From positions 608,001 through 672,000 of the forward strand of contig CAXXHO010000003.1 of assembly GCA_963667725.2 (NCBI GenBank): a stretch of 64,000 bases of DNA. The letters run 5' to 3'. This stretch comes from Treponemataceae bacterium. GTDB taxonomy: Bacteria > Spirochaetota > Spirochaetia > Treponematales > Rectinemataceae. Under the pieces are notes generated by a model. The model saw only the letters and a list, made by a program, of their open reading frames with translations, made no database searches and had not been told where the DNA came from. Both the position numbers and the translations under genes were made by a program. This document shows positions 38,242 through 48,615 of this stretch, piece by piece. Position 1 is the first letter of the stretch; each line of letters begins with the position of its first letter.

Positions 38242-39039
38242 TTGGAGATTGATCTGGAAATGTTGACGCAGACCAGCGCCCGGCCTCTGTACGAACAGCT
38301 CAAGCAGACGCTTATCGGGAAAATACTGGACGGATCCTATGCCTTCGGCGAGCGTCTTCCGGGGGAGCTGAGCCTTGTGGAAACCTACGGCATCAGCAGG
38401 ATAACGGTGCGCCGCGCCCTGTCCGAACTTGTCGAGGAAGGCTACCTTTCGTCGCAGCAGGGCAGGGGAACCTTCGTCAGCTACCGCCATGTGAAGCGCC
38501 AGCTGCGCTCCTTCGGGGGCTTCAGCGAATCCTCCAACGATGGGGTCAAGAACAAGTACAGCCGAGTGCTCTCAAAAGAAGTGGAAGGCGCCGAGATCGA
38601 AGTCGCCGACAAGCTCGGAATAGAGCCCGGGGCTAAGGTCATCCACCTGCGCCGCCTGATGTCGGACTCCCAGATTCCCTATATGATCGACGACGCCTAT
38701 TTCATCGAATCGATGTATCCGGGCTTGGGCGATCTGCTCGTGGACAACATCTCCACCTTCGGCATAATGCAGAAGAAATACGGCATCGTCTTCGCGAAGG
38801 CTTACAAGACGTTGGGCGTCATCCGCGCCGGCCCCGAGCACGCCGAATTCCTGAAATGCGTTCCGGGCGATCCGCTTTTTTCCATAACCAAAGTCATCTA
38901 CGACCCGCTGGACCTTCCTGTGCATTATTCCCACTATCTGGTGCTGGGCGATCGATGCGTCTATTCGCTCATGGTATCGGGCGACCAGAACGACATGGAA
39001 CTGCGCTACCAGAAAGCCCCGGACGCGGCGGCGACCTGA
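38242..39039 (+). CDS. GntR/HutC-family regulator with UTRA domain, FrlR-like
   Basis: PLYEQL…GISRITVRRAL…GRGTFV helix-turn-helix; start at 38242 (TTG) or 38260. Confidence 0.88.
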   Translation: MEIDLEMLTQTSARPLYEQLKQTLIGKILDGSYAFGERLPGELSLVETYGISRITVRRALSELVEEGYLSSQQGRGTFVSYRHVKRQLRSFGGFSESSNDGVKNKYSRVLSKEVEGAEIEVADKLGIEPGAKVIHLRRLMSDSQIPYMIDDAYFIESMYPGLGDLLVDNISTFGIMQKKYGIVFAKAYKTLGVIRAGPEHAEFLKCVPGDPLFSITKVIYDPLDLPVHYSHYLVLGDRCVYSLMVSGDQNDMELRYQKAPDAAAT

Positions 39040-39100
39040 AGCGCCCTGGCGCCGCTTTAGACGGGCGCGCTACCACTCACCCAGATCTTCTCGCAATTCA

Positions 39101-40567
39101 TCACTCGACGATCCGCCAGGCGACAGCCACCCAATAATCCTTTCCGTTTTTGGTGGTGGCGAGCTTTATGGTATCCGCCATGGGAATCTCCATCTCGAGA
39201 CGGAAGACGCCGTCGCTTCCTTTTTCCATGGGATAAAAAGCATCGTTGGCCAGGAGGGCTGCCTTGGCGGCTGCGGGCGAGCAATAGCTGAACCTGTGCT
39301 TCCCTCTCGATCGGAGATCGCCCGAGAGGGGCTCGATGAGGGAATCGCCAGGAGCGTTCTGGTATTGCGCGTAGAAAAGCGGAAAGCGTCCCTGTCTGGA
39401 TGCCGTGGCGTTATCCAGCTGGAAGGTCAGCACCTTGTGCAGCGGGCTTTCGGATTTCGATGCGGGTATCGGGGATTCAGGGCGCTTTTCCTCGCTGTCC
39501 TTGGCGAACAGTTCCAACGTAAAAAGGCCTGCGGAGGGCATGCGGACAAGGATTCTCCTCGAATCGGGCGAGAGTCTCTGGATCATAGTCCCCTGTTCGA
39601 TTTCCGACCCGTTGGGATCGCTGAGGACGGCGTCGATGACGATTCCGGGTTTGGCCAAGCCTATAGCGAAGGAAAAATCGCCTGCCGCCGCCGTTTTCCA
39701 GGATAAGGCGGCAAGGGGCAAGCGAAGGCCCAGGGAAAAGAAGGCGTTCTCGACATCGGGGGAATTGAGGAATTCTTCAGGAGAGATGGGGCGGGCGACG
39801 AGCTGCTGGTCCTCCTGTTTCGGGTAGCGCACATAGAGACTGACCTGGGGGTCGACGAAGAGGTTGTCGGTGGAATAGCGCCTGACGAAGGTCCAGTCCT
39901 TCACATGTCCCGCGTCGAAGGTGGTGTCGACGATATACCGGCCGCCGCTGATCTGGACAATATTCCACGCGTGCGAATTGCCCGGTGTGAGGCCTCGGGG
40001 ACCGGCCTGGTTTTTCGTGAAGCCGCTGACGGTGGCGCAAGAAAAACCGGCTTGCTCGGCCATGGCCTGGAAGACCCGCGAATAGCCGCTGCACACCGCC
40101 TTCCTGGAATTCATCACATGCTCGATATCCTGGTCAGCGGCGAACTGGCTTTTCAGCATGGCCACATCATAGGAAATGTTGACGCAGATCCAGTCGTGGA
40201 TGAGCTTGATCTTCATGAAGGGATCTTTTTCCTGGCCGACGAGGGCCGCGGTGAGATCCTTGAGCCCAGCCGCCGGGTTCCTGAAGGCCGCGGCCTGCAG
40301 CTTCTCGCTTAGGGCGTTGGCTCGGGGATCGATCTGGCCGTTCCTGTAGAGGGTTAGGTCGGGCCGCGGGGGCGGCGTCGGCTTCGCTGGAGGCTCCGGC
40401 GGCCGCGCGACGGACTCTGGCGGCCGCGCGACGGCGGCGATCTGCGCTGGCTTTTTCGCGGGAAGAAGGGAACAGGCCGGCAGGAACAGGCAGGCGGCGA
40501 GGATGAGAGTGATCAGAGCCGTCGGGGAAAAACCGGGACGGCTGTCTGCTGAATGGCGCATGATCAT
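39101..40567 (-). CDS. Transglutaminase-like domain lipoprotein
   Basis: Lipobox LPAC, Pro-rich linker, and Cys-His-Asp triad motifs VCSGYS, HAWN, VDTT. Confidence 0.82.
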   Translation of the reverse strand: MIMRHSADSRPGFSPTALITLILAACLFLPACSLLPAKKPAQIAAVARPPESVARPPEPPAKPTPPPRPDLTLYRNGQIDPRANALSEKLQAAAFRNPAAGLKDLTAALVGQEKDPFMKIKLIHDWICVNISYDVAMLKSQFAADQDIEHVMNSRKAVCSGYSRVFQAMAEQAGFSCATVSGFTKNQAGPRGLTPGNSHAWNIVQISGGRYIVDTTFDAGHVKDWTFVRRYSTDNLFVDPQVSLYVRYPKQEDQQLVARPISPEEFLNSPDVENAFFSLGLRLPLAALSWKTAAAGDFSFAIGLAKPGIVIDAVLSDPNGSEIEQGTMIQRLSPDSRRILVRMPSAGLFTLELFAKDSEEKRPESPIPASKSESPLHKVLTFQLDNATASRQGRFPLFYAQYQNAPGDSLIEPLSGDLRSRGKHRFSYCSPAAAKAALLANDAFYPMEKGSDGVFRLEMEIPMADTIKLATTKNGKDYWVAVAWRIVE

Positions 40568-40593
40568 CCTCGAAAGCCTGTCTGGAAGCGCCT

Positions 40594-41793
40594 TCAGAGC
40601 CCCAGTGCGCGTGACGCGCCGCGTTCCATGGCATTCTTAAGCATAGCCGCCGGATTCTTGAATTTTCCCAGGATGATCATCGCGGCGATTATGTAGGGCT
40701 TGTAGCTCGCTTCCCTGTAGGTGTCGTCGCGATAGCGGTCAAAGACGGAGGCGGCCACTTCGCCCGCCTTGCAGGATACGTCGGTGATGTCGGCTGGCAG
40801 GCAGTGCATGTACAGCGCCTTGCCGTCCTTCGTCAGCTTCATCTTCTCTTCCGTGCACTCCCAGTCCTTGAACTTCGCGTTGTTCGCGAGGCAGCTCTTC
40901 TCGAGATCCTTCAGGCCCGCCTGGTCGCCTGCGTGGAGGAGGGGAACGCGCTTCTGCATCACGTCGTAGGGAGCCCAGCTCTTCGGATAGACGATGTCGG
41001 CGCCGGCGAAGGCAGCGTCCATCGAGTGCCCGACGGTGAGGAGGCCGCCGGAAGCCTCGGCCTGGTCTCTCGAGAGCTGGACGACCTCGGGGATGAGCTC
41101 GTAGCCTTCAGGGTAGGCGAGGGCGATGTCCATGCCGAAGCGGCTCGCGAGGCCGATGATGCCCTGGGGCACGGAGAGGGGCTTGCCGTAGGAAGGCGAA
41201 TAGGCCCAGGACATGGCGATCTTCTTGCCCTTGAGCTTGTCGATCCCGCCGAAATAGTGGGCCAGATGGAGGAAATCGGCCATGGACTGGGTGGGATGGT
41301 CTATGTCGGACTGGAGGTTGACGACGGTGGGCCTGGAGGGAAGGACCCCCGCCGCGACGCCTTCGTCGAGGGCTTTCGCCACCTCGCGCTGGTACTTGTC
41401 ACCTTCGCCGAGGTACATATCGTCGCGTATGCCGATCGCCTCGGTGAGGAAGCTGATCATATTGGCTGTCTCGCGCACCGTCTCGCCGTGGGCGATCTGG
41501 CTCTTGCCCTCATCCAGGTCCTGGATGTAGAGGCCGAGAAGGTCGCAAGCCGACGCGTAGGAGAAGCGGGTGCGCGTCGAGTTGTCGCGGAAGTTGGAGA
41601 CGGCTATGCCCGAGTCCCAAATCCTGGGGCTGATGTTGTTGTCCCTCATCCCGCGCAGGATGTCGGCTACGAGAAAAGTGGCGTCCAGTTCATCCCTGGT
41701 TTTCTCCCAGGTGAGAAAGAAGTCCTTGCCAGCCATGTCGGTCCGCTTGGCGGCGAGATCCTTGATGGCCTTGACGATCGCGTTCTTGTCCAT
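40594..41793 (-). CDS. ygeW: Knotted carbamoyltransferase YgeW
   Basis: FRDNSTRT, DHPTQ, WAYSPSYGKPLSVPQG and YMHCLPADI motifs; ATG 41793. Confidence 0.93.
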   Translation of the reverse strand: MDKNAIVKAIKDLAAKRTDMAGKDFFLTWEKTRDELDATFLVADILRGMRDNNISPRIWDSGIAVSNFRDNSTRTRFSYASACDLLGLYIQDLDEGKSQIAHGETVRETANMISFLTEAIGIRDDMYLGEGDKYQREVAKALDEGVAAGVLPSRPTVVNLQSDIDHPTQSMADFLHLAHYFGGIDKLKGKKIAMSWAYSPSYGKPLSVPQGIIGLASRFGMDIALAYPEGYELIPEVVQLSRDQAEASGGLLTVGHSMDAAFAGADIVYPKSWAPYDVMQKRVPLLHAGDQAGLKDLEKSCLANNAKFKDWECTEEKMKLTKDGKALYMHCLPADITDVSCKAGEVAASVFDRYRDDTYREASYKPYIIAAMIILGKFKNPAAMLKNAMERGASRALGL

Positions 41794-41815
41794 AATTCCT
41801 CCGGATTGCGAGATT

Positions 41816-43102
41816 TTAAACGAAGCCGAGCAGTCTCGGTATGAAGAGCGAGATCTCGGGTATGTAGGCGACAATGAACAAGGCCAGCACCTCCATGATG
41901 ATGAAGGGTAAAATTGCCTTGGACAAGCGGGCCAGGCTGATTTTGGATATGGAACAGGCCACGAAGAGGCAGGCTCCAACGGGCGGCGTCATGAGGGCGA
42001 TGTTGAGCGACAGCACCATGATGATGCCGAAGTGTATGGGCGCAATGCCCATGCTTACGGCGATGGGATGAAGTATGGGGCCGAGAATGATGAGGGCGGC
42101 GGCTATGTCCATGAACATGCCGACGATAAGCATCAATATGATGATCATAAGGAGAATCAGTTTAGGATTCCCCGTGGTGGCGATGAGGAAGGCCGCTATC
42201 GCCTGGGGCACCTGATTGATGGCCAATACCCAGCTGAGAATCGACGCGGCGCCTATGATGAGGAATACCGAGCCTGTAATCTTGGCCGTCTTCAGGAGCA
42301 TCGGAAGGAGATCCCTGAAGGTGATGGATTTCAGGACGAAGAATCCGATCACGAGGGCATAGAGGACGGCGATCGAGGCAGCCTCCGTCGGCGTGAAGAG
42401 GCCTGAGAGTATGCCCCCGAGGATGATGATGGGCATAAGGAGGGGTATGATCGCATCCTTGGTGGCGAAGAGTTTCTGCCTGAAGGTCGTCTTCGGACCC
42501 TTGGGATATCCGCGTTTGTAGGACAGGTATGCCGACATGATCATGAGGAGGATGGCGAGGACGATGCCCGGCAGGAAGCCGGCGGCGAAAAGTCCCGCGA
42601 TCGATACGTTCATAAGCGAGCCGTAGATGACCATCATGTTGGAGGGTGGGATCGTGGGACCGATGATGGAAGAGGCCGCCGTGACCGCCGCAGAAAAATC
42701 GACATCGTAGCCGTCGTCGACCATCGCGGGAATCAGCATCGTGCCGATGGCCGCCGTATCCGACACGGCCGCTCCTGTCATCCCCGCGAAAAATACCGAG
42801 GCTATGATGTTGGCGTGGGCGAGTCCTCCCCTCCAGTGTCCGACGAGGACATTGGAGAAATTGACGAGGCGCTTCGTGATTCCGGCCTTGTTCATCAGCT
42901 CTCCGGCCAGGATGAAAAAGGGCATGGCCATGAGGGTGAACATGTCGAGGCCAGAAAAGTACTGGAGAGGCGCCATCGAGAGAAGCCCGACGCCCGAACC
43001 CATGAGAAGGAGCCCGACGACGCCCGCGATTCCGAGCGTGAAGCCGATGGGGATCCCTAGGACGAGGAGGGCAAAAAATACGACCGCGACCGATAGGAAC
43101 AT
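41816..43102 (-). CDS. TRAP transporter large permease (DctM)
   Basis: AMPFFILAGELM, IGPTIPPS, FTPTEA and TPPVG motifs. Confidence 0.93.
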   Translation of the reverse strand: MFLSVAVVFFALLVLGIPIGFTLGIAGVVGLLLMGSGVGLLSMAPLQYFSGLDMFTLMAMPFFILAGELMNKAGITKRLVNFSNVLVGHWRGGLAHANIIASVFFAGMTGAAVSDTAAIGTMLIPAMVDDGYDVDFSAAVTAASSIIGPTIPPSNMMVIYGSLMNVSIAGLFAAGFLPGIVLAILLMIMSAYLSYKRGYPKGPKTTFRQKLFATKDAIIPLLMPIIILGGILSGLFTPTEAASIAVLYALVIGFFVLKSITFRDLLPMLLKTAKITGSVFLIIGAASILSWVLAINQVPQAIAAFLIATTGNPKLILLMIIILMLIVGMFMDIAAALIILGPILHPIAVSMGIAPIHFGIIMVLSLNIALMTPPVGACLFVACSISKISLARLSKAILPFIIMEVLALFIVAYIPEISLFIPRLLGFV

Positions 43103-43113
43103 CTCTTCCCTCC

Positions 43114-43650
43114 TCAGATGTCGATGTAGCCGGCGGCCTGGATGCGCCTGCCGTCGGGGCTCTGGAGAACCATGATGGAAACGAAGATGATCTGCAGAGC
43201 GGAAATCCCCATGGCTACGGGAACGGCCAGTCTGGGGATGAACATGGAAATGCCGAGAGCCTGTGTCATCTGCGTTCGGGCTTCGAGCGTGGCGCTAAGC
43301 GAGTAGAAGAACATGAACAGAAGAAAGGCTAGCACAAAGGCGTTTATAAGCAGCGCCATGGCCTTCCGGGCGTTCGTCTTCTTAAGCCCGTCGAGTATGA
43401 CCGTGAGCCCCACATGCTCCCCTGCGCTGATCCCCAGGCTTATAGCGAGGGATGCGCCCCAGATCATGAGGTACCGCGAGGTTTCTTCCACCCAATTCAA
43501 GGGGGCGTTGAGGACATAGCGAAAGAAAACTCCCAGGATGACGATGACTGTCATGGCGCCGAAAAGAAGGGCGCAGGCAAACCCAGTTCCCTTATCGATG
43601 GCGGCCGAGAGCGATTCGGCAGTCGTGAAGCCTGGCTTGCTTTCTGTCAT
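43114..43650 (-). CDS. TRAP transporter small permease (DctQ)
   Basis: VFFRYVLN..WVEE..RYL motif and four TM segments. Confidence 0.9.
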   Translation of the reverse strand: MTESKPGFTTAESLSAAIDKGTGFACALLFGAMTVIVILGVFFRYVLNAPLNWVEETSRYLMIWGASLAISLGISAGEHVGLTVILDGLKKTNARKAMALLINAFVLAFLLFMFFYSLSATLEARTQMTQALGISMFIPRLAVPVAMGISALQIIFVSIMVLQSPDGRRIQAAGYIDI

Positions 43651-43754
43651 GGTTTTCCTCCCGCGAGCGGCGCAGCCGCCGAAGGGAGGGGCAGCCGCGC
43701 GAAGGCGGCAACCCCTCCTGATTGGATCGGCATTAAGTATTTTTAGGCTATGGA

Positions 43755-44789
43755 TCAGTAGCCGAGTTCTTTCTCGGCCTTTTCGATGGCCGCGAAGAAT
43801 TTGTCGACGAGAGCCTCGCCCTCTTTCTTGTACTGGGCGCTCATGAATTCCCTGGCAGCGGGGATGGCGACGTCGCGGAACTGCTTCATTTCGGCCTTGG
43901 TGGGAACGTAGACCTGCATCTTCTCGGCGAGGGTGGGAAGTCCTTTGTCCGAACCGTCGATAATCCTCGAGAGACCGCGTCCGGCGAGGAGGGCGGTTCT
44001 GGCCGCGTCATCGATGACGTTCTGGAGGTCGGCGGAGAGCCCGGCATAGAATTTGGGATTGATTACCCAGATATAGGGGGCATAGAGATGGTTGGTGAGG
44101 GTGATGTATTTCTGGACTTCCTGGAACTTGGCCATGGTGATGATGGAGATGGGGTTCATCTGTCCGTCGACCACGCCGGTCTGGAGGCTGGTGTATACTT
44201 CTGCCCACGCCACGGTGGTGGGAGAAGCGCCCAACGCCTTGACGATGGCCTGGTGGAGGGGGAGGGCCATGGTGCGGAGTTTTATGCCCTTCATGTCGGC
44301 TGGCGATTTTATGGGGCGCTTGCCGTTGGTGATGGCGAAGAAGCCGCCGGATTCGCCGAATCCAAGCACCTTGAATCCCGCTTTCTTCTCGATGTCGGCC
44401 GCGAGTTCCTTACCGAAATCCCCGTCGTACACTTTATAGCCGACATTATAGCTCGAGAAGGCGAAAGGCATGTTGGTGACGTCGATGAGGGGATAGAACT
44501 GGGCCATGCCGCCTGAGGAAGAGATGAAGGACTGGACGACGCCGGCCTTCACCTGGACCATGGTCTCGGCTTCCTTGCCGAGAACGCCGTTCGGGAAGAT
44601 ATCGACCTTGATCTGACCGTTGGAATTGGCTTCTACTTCGCTCTTGAACACGGCCGCCATGGCCGCCGACGCGACGTCGAAGGGCTGCTGGGGGTTGAGA
44701 TGGGCGAGCTTGAGGACGGTCTGTCCGAATACCGCAGCGGGCATAAGCGCCGCGATGACGAGAACGATCGCTAGAATCCTGCTTTTCAT
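43755..44789 (-). CDS. TRAP transporter substrate-binding protein (DctP)
   Basis: Signal peptide, DMKGIKLRT and EVYTSLQTGVVDGQ motifs; GGAGG RBS before ATG 44789. Confidence 0.92.
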   Translation of the reverse strand: MKSRILAIVLVIAALMPAAVFGQTVLKLAHLNPQQPFDVASAAMAAVFKSEVEANSNGQIKVDIFPNGVLGKEAETMVQVKAGVVQSFISSSGGMAQFYPLIDVTNMPFAFSSYNVGYKVYDGDFGKELAADIEKKAGFKVLGFGESGGFFAITNGKRPIKSPADMKGIKLRTMALPLHQAIVKALGASPTTVAWAEVYTSLQTGVVDGQMNPISIITMAKFQEVQKYITLTNHLYAPYIWVINPKFYAGLSADLQNVIDDAARTALLAGRGLSRIIDGSDKGLPTLAEKMQVYVPTKAEMKQFRDVAIPAAREFMSAQYKKEGEALVDKFFAAIEKAEKELGY

Positions 44790-44859
44790 TGGATACCTCC
44801 ATGCGCCGGGCGGGCCGGGTGCCTTCTGGGCACCCGGCTTTGTCCGCCTCGAGAGGCTA

Positions 44860-44888
44860 AGGATAGACGATGAATGTCTCTCCGTCAA
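44860..44888 (-). promoter_or_regulatory. Internal sigma70-like promoter for dctPQM-ygeW
   Basis: TTGACG-17-TATCCT on the minus strand. Confidence 0.55.
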
Positions 44889-44926
44889 CAAAGAACCGCC
44901 GCTCTATCCAGGAAGCGCCCTTCGTT

Positions 44927-47794
44927 CTATAAGCGGCCCAGAGCGTGAAGCACCCGCTCCGGCGAGAAGGGCCATTCCCTCACCCAGGCGCCGACGGCGT
45001 CGTGGATGGCGATCGATATCGCCGGGGCTGCGCCATTTACCGATATCTCCGAGACGCTCTTGGCGCCGAAAGGACCGATTTCATCCTCCACGGGCATGAG
45101 TTCGACGCGGAAATCAGGCGGCACCTCGGCGATGGTCGGTATCTTGTAGTCGAGGAAACGAGGATTGAGGCAGCGGCCTTCGCCGTCGTAGAGCATTTCC
45201 TCATAGAGCGAATGGCCTATGGCCTTGAGGATGGCTCCGTACACCTGCCCTGTCGCGAGGGCTGGGTTGATGGGGGTGCCGCAGTCCTGATAGGCGTGGT
45301 AGCGCTGGACCTTCAACTCGCCCGTGCGCTCGTTGACGGCGACCTGGACGAAATGCGCGCCGTAGGGAAAGGCCGAGTGGTCGGTCTTGAAGCTTCCGAA
45401 TCCCGATAGTTCGCCGTGGCCTTCGCCCTGGACGGAGCGGTGGCCGAGCTCGGCGAGGCTGATTTTGCCCTTCTTGCCGACTACCATGCCCTTGTATTCG
45501 ATATGGAGGTCTTCAGGGGCCTCTCCGAGGATGGGCGTGGCGGCTTCGAACACTCGCCGCCTCAGGTTCTCGGCGGCCTTAAGGGCAGCGTTGCCGGAGA
45601 AATAGGTGCCAGAGGAGGCGTAGGCGCCCTTGTCGAAGGGGGTGATGTCGGTGTCGCCGGAGACCACCGTGACGTCGGTCAGGTCGAGGCCGAGGATCTC
45701 GGCGGCGGCCTTGGCGGTGACGGTGTCGAGGCCCGTGCCGAGGTCGGCCCCGCCCGAGAGCATGAGGAGGGTGCCGTCGGAGAGAAGGCGCACTTCGGCG
45801 TTGGCGGCGTCGAGGCCGGGAAGGCCTGAGCCCTGCTGGATGATGACAGCCCCGCGGCCGATCTTCCAGTCAGATCCCGGGGCGGGCGGCTTGGGTTGGT
45901 CCCAGCCGAAGGCTTGGCGGCCGCGCGCCATCATGTCGCCCAGGCCGCATTTTCCCAGCGTGACGGCGGCGCCTTCACGGCCCTCGCCGAGGCTTTTCAG
46001 GATGTCGATGCGGCTGCCTGAACGCACGCGGTTCTTTTCGAGGAAATCGAGCTGGTCCATGCCGAGGGCGCAGGCCATCTCGGCGAGGGCCGTCTGCAGA
46101 GCGAAGGAACCTTTCGGGGCGCCATAGCCCTGGTAGGCTCCCGCCGGCGAGAGGTTCGTGTACCAGGATTTCACCTCGAAGCGCGCGTTGTCGCAGAGAA
46201 GGAGTGGCAGGCTCTTCGAGATCGCGTTCATGGGCACGGTGAGGCAGTGCTGGCCGTAGGGGCCGGTGTCGGCGTCGAGATTCATGAGGATGGCGGTGAG
46301 TTTGCCGTCGCGCCTGGCGCCCAGCTTCACCTTGATCTCCATGGCGTGACGTGTCCGGCTCGCGATGAATTCCTCTTCTCTTGTATAGCGGAAATAGACA
46401 GGCCGCCGCGTCGTCCAGGCGAGATAGCCCGCGATGTCCTCGACGACGATGTCCTGCTTGGCGCCGAAGCCGCCGCCGACCCTTTCCTTGATCACGCGCA
46501 CCTTATTCTCCGAGATGCCGACGGCCCGGGCGACGATGCGCCGCACATGCCAAGGCACCTGGGTCGAGGCGTGGAGGACGAGACGGCCCGCCTCGATCTT
46601 CGCGAAGACGACATGGGGCTCCATGGGCGTGCACTGCACCCTGTTGGTTTTATAGCTTCGTTCGATGACGATGTCGGCAGCGGCGAAACCCGCCTCCATG
46701 TCGCCAATGCCGCCCGAGGCCGAAGCCGCGAGGTTGCGGTGCGGGTCGGAGTGCAGGGGGAATTGGTAGACGACAGGATCGTCGCGGCCGTCGCCTCTCG
46801 TGTCCGTGCCTACAGGAGGCGAACCGGCGACATAGGATACTTCGCCCGAGTGGATGACGGGCGCTTCATTCGCCTTGGCCTGCGCTATCGAGAAGACGGG
46901 CGGAAGGACCTCGTAGGTCACCTTTATAGCCGCGAGGGCGGCCGCGGCGATTTCAGGCGTTTCGGCGAGAACGGCGGCGACTCTGTCGCCGACATGGCGC
47001 ATCTTGCGCGGGAACATGCGCTGATCGTAGGGGGAGGGTTCGGGGAAGCCCTGGCCAGCTGTGGTGTACACCCGCTCTGGTGTATTCTTGTGAGTGAGGA
47101 CGGCAACGACGCCGGGCATGGCTTCGGCTTCCGCCGTGTCGATGGAAGCGATCCAGGCATGGGCATAGGGGCTTCCGAGGACTTTCAGGACGCAGGCGTC
47201 GCCCGTGACCCTATCCTCGACGAAGGCGCGCTCGCCCCGGCTCAAGGTTTCGGCGTCAACCTTCTCGCGATCCTTGCCCACATGGCGGAGGTCAGGCCTG
47301 AATTCGGGTCCGAGGGGCGGCGCGTAGCCTGGTTCAGAGAGACGCCGGGCGGCGAGGCGCACGGCCTCGAAATACTGCTTATAGCCGGTGCAGCGGCAGA
47401 GGGTGCCCGAAAGGGCGTCGGCGACTTCCGCGTCGGAAGGCTCGGGCGATCGAGCGAGGAGCTCACGTATGGAGAGGGCGACGGCCGGCGTGCAGTATCC
47501 GCACTGGACGCAAGCGCAATCGATGAGGGCGCGCTGGATGGTCCGAAGGGTCGCGTCCTTGTTGTAGTAGTCGATGGTGACGACCTCGCGGCCATCGGCC
47601 TCGAGGGCGAGAATGAGGCAGGAATTGACGAGCTTGCCGTCGAGGAGAAGGGCGCAGAGGCCGCAGGAGCCTTCGCCGTCGCAGCCGTTCCTCAGCGAGA
47701 CGATTCCCGCGCGGCGCAGCAGGGTTTTAAGGCTTTCGCCGGGTTCGCAGGCAAGGGCGACGGGACGGCCGTTGAGCGTGAATGTCGTGGTCAT
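44927..47794 (-). CDS. xdhD: Xanthine dehydrogenase-family Mo subunit fused to 2x[2Fe-2S] (XdhD/YgfN-like)
   Basis: GCDGEGSCGLC, QCGYCTP, LCRCTGY, STQVPW, GGGFGAK, QGYG and GPFGAKSVSE motifs. Confidence 0.88.
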   Translation of the reverse strand: MTTTFTLNGRPVALACEPGESLKTLLRRAGIVSLRNGCDGEGSCGLCALLLDGKLVNSCLILALEADGREVVTIDYYNKDATLRTIQRALIDCACVQCGYCTPAVALSIRELLARSPEPSDAEVADALSGTLCRCTGYKQYFEAVRLAARRLSEPGYAPPLGPEFRPDLRHVGKDREKVDAETLSRGERAFVEDRVTGDACVLKVLGSPYAHAWIASIDTAEAEAMPGVVAVLTHKNTPERVYTTAGQGFPEPSPYDQRMFPRKMRHVGDRVAAVLAETPEIAAAALAAIKVTYEVLPPVFSIAQAKANEAPVIHSGEVSYVAGSPPVGTDTRGDGRDDPVVYQFPLHSDPHRNLAASASGGIGDMEAGFAAADIVIERSYKTNRVQCTPMEPHVVFAKIEAGRLVLHASTQVPWHVRRIVARAVGISENKVRVIKERVGGGFGAKQDIVVEDIAGYLAWTTRRPVYFRYTREEEFIASRTRHAMEIKVKLGARRDGKLTAILMNLDADTGPYGQHCLTVPMNAISKSLPLLLCDNARFEVKSWYTNLSPAGAYQGYGAPKGSFALQTALAEMACALGMDQLDFLEKNRVRSGSRIDILKSLGEGREGAAVTLGKCGLGDMMARGRQAFGWDQPKPPAPGSDWKIGRGAVIIQQGSGLPGLDAANAEVRLLSDGTLLMLSGGADLGTGLDTVTAKAAAEILGLDLTDVTVVSGDTDITPFDKGAYASSGTYFSGNAALKAAENLRRRVFEAATPILGEAPEDLHIEYKGMVVGKKGKISLAELGHRSVQGEGHGELSGFGSFKTDHSAFPYGAHFVQVAVNERTGELKVQRYHAYQDCGTPINPALATGQVYGAILKAIGHSLYEEMLYDGEGRCLNPRFLDYKIPTIAEVPPDFRVELMPVEDEIGPFGAKSVSEISVNGAAPAISIAIHDAVGAWVREWPFSPERVLHALGRL

Positions 47795-48615
47795 AAGGAG
47801 GCCTCCAGCGAGAAAAGCACATCGGCGAGAAGGGCGGCCGCCCTGAGGCGCTTGAAAGCCGCGCTGCCCCTAACGTCGTCGACGGGAGCGAAGAGGGGAG
47901 CGGCGGCTGCTTCGATCACGGCCTTGTCCGCCAGCGGCCTGCCTTCGAAGAGGCTTTCCAGTTCGGGGAAGCGGCGCGCGTGGGGCGAAAGTCCGCCCAT
48001 GGCGATTCGCAGGCCGCGCAGGGCTGGCCTTCCGTGGCTTGCGCCACTCCCGTCACTCAGTTCGGCCGAGACCGCGCAGGTGAGAACGGCCACGTCGCAG
48101 GAGGTGCGGGAGTAGCGTCCGACGGCGAAGCGGCGCGACGCGGGCAGCTCGAATTCGATGCCGGCGATCAGTCCTTTTTCGGCAGGGGAGGCAGTCTGCC
48201 ATTCCGCCGCCGTTAGGGCAGGGGCCTGGGCGCGGCTGTAGCGCGCTTCGGCCACGAGGAGGAAGGGCAGGAGGCTGGAGCAGGATTTGTCGGCGCCTAT
48301 GTTGCCGCCTATCGTCGCTCTGTTGCGGATATTCCTGTCGGCCATGCTGAGGGCCGCCTCGCGCAGCGCGGCTGGAAGCAAGGCGGAATCGGCGATGGCC
48401 TGGAAGGTCGCGCCTGCGCCTATGATAATCCTGTCGCCATGACGCTCGATTCCCTTCGGGAGGAGGTCAGTGATCGCGATCGCGGTCATAGGGCGCCAGG
48501 CGAATTGGGATGTCAGGAGCCAGGTGCCGCCAGCCAGGAGGACGGCGCCATCTTCGTTCGAGAGGAGTTCGAGCGCTTCCCCGGCGGTTTTCGGCCTGAA
48601 ATATGCTTTTACCAT
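47791..48615 (-). CDS. FAD-binding subunit of Mo-hydroxylase (YgfM-like)
   Basis: LLAGGT, IRNRATIGGN and DDVRGSAAFK motifs; ATG 48615. Confidence 0.85.
   Translation of the reverse strand: MVKAYFRPKTAGEALELLSNEDGAVLLAGGTWLLTSQFAWRPMTAIAITDLLPKGIERHGDRIIIGAGATFQAIADSALLPAALREAALSMADRNIRNRATIGGNIGADKSCSSLLPFLLVAEARYSRAQAPALTAAEWQTASPAEKGLIAGIEFELPASRRFAVGRYSRTSCDVAVLTCAVSAELSDGSGASHGRPALRGLRIAMGGLSPHARRFPELESLFEGRPLADKAVIEAAAAPLFAPVDDVRGSAAFKRLRAAALLADVLFSLEASL

Noticed and set aside
44800..44858. dctP leader resembling the ykkC 3' element (GGACAAAGCCGGG)
   Set aside because: The 5' half of the ykkC consensus is absent; it is explained as a simple GC hairpin.
4454..48115. Long alternate-frame or antisense ORFs (5590..6921, 9726..10784, 15297..16406, 22757..23887, 35540..36685, 46247..48115 and others)
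   Set aside because: Each overlaps a gene with clear family motifs and has none of its own.
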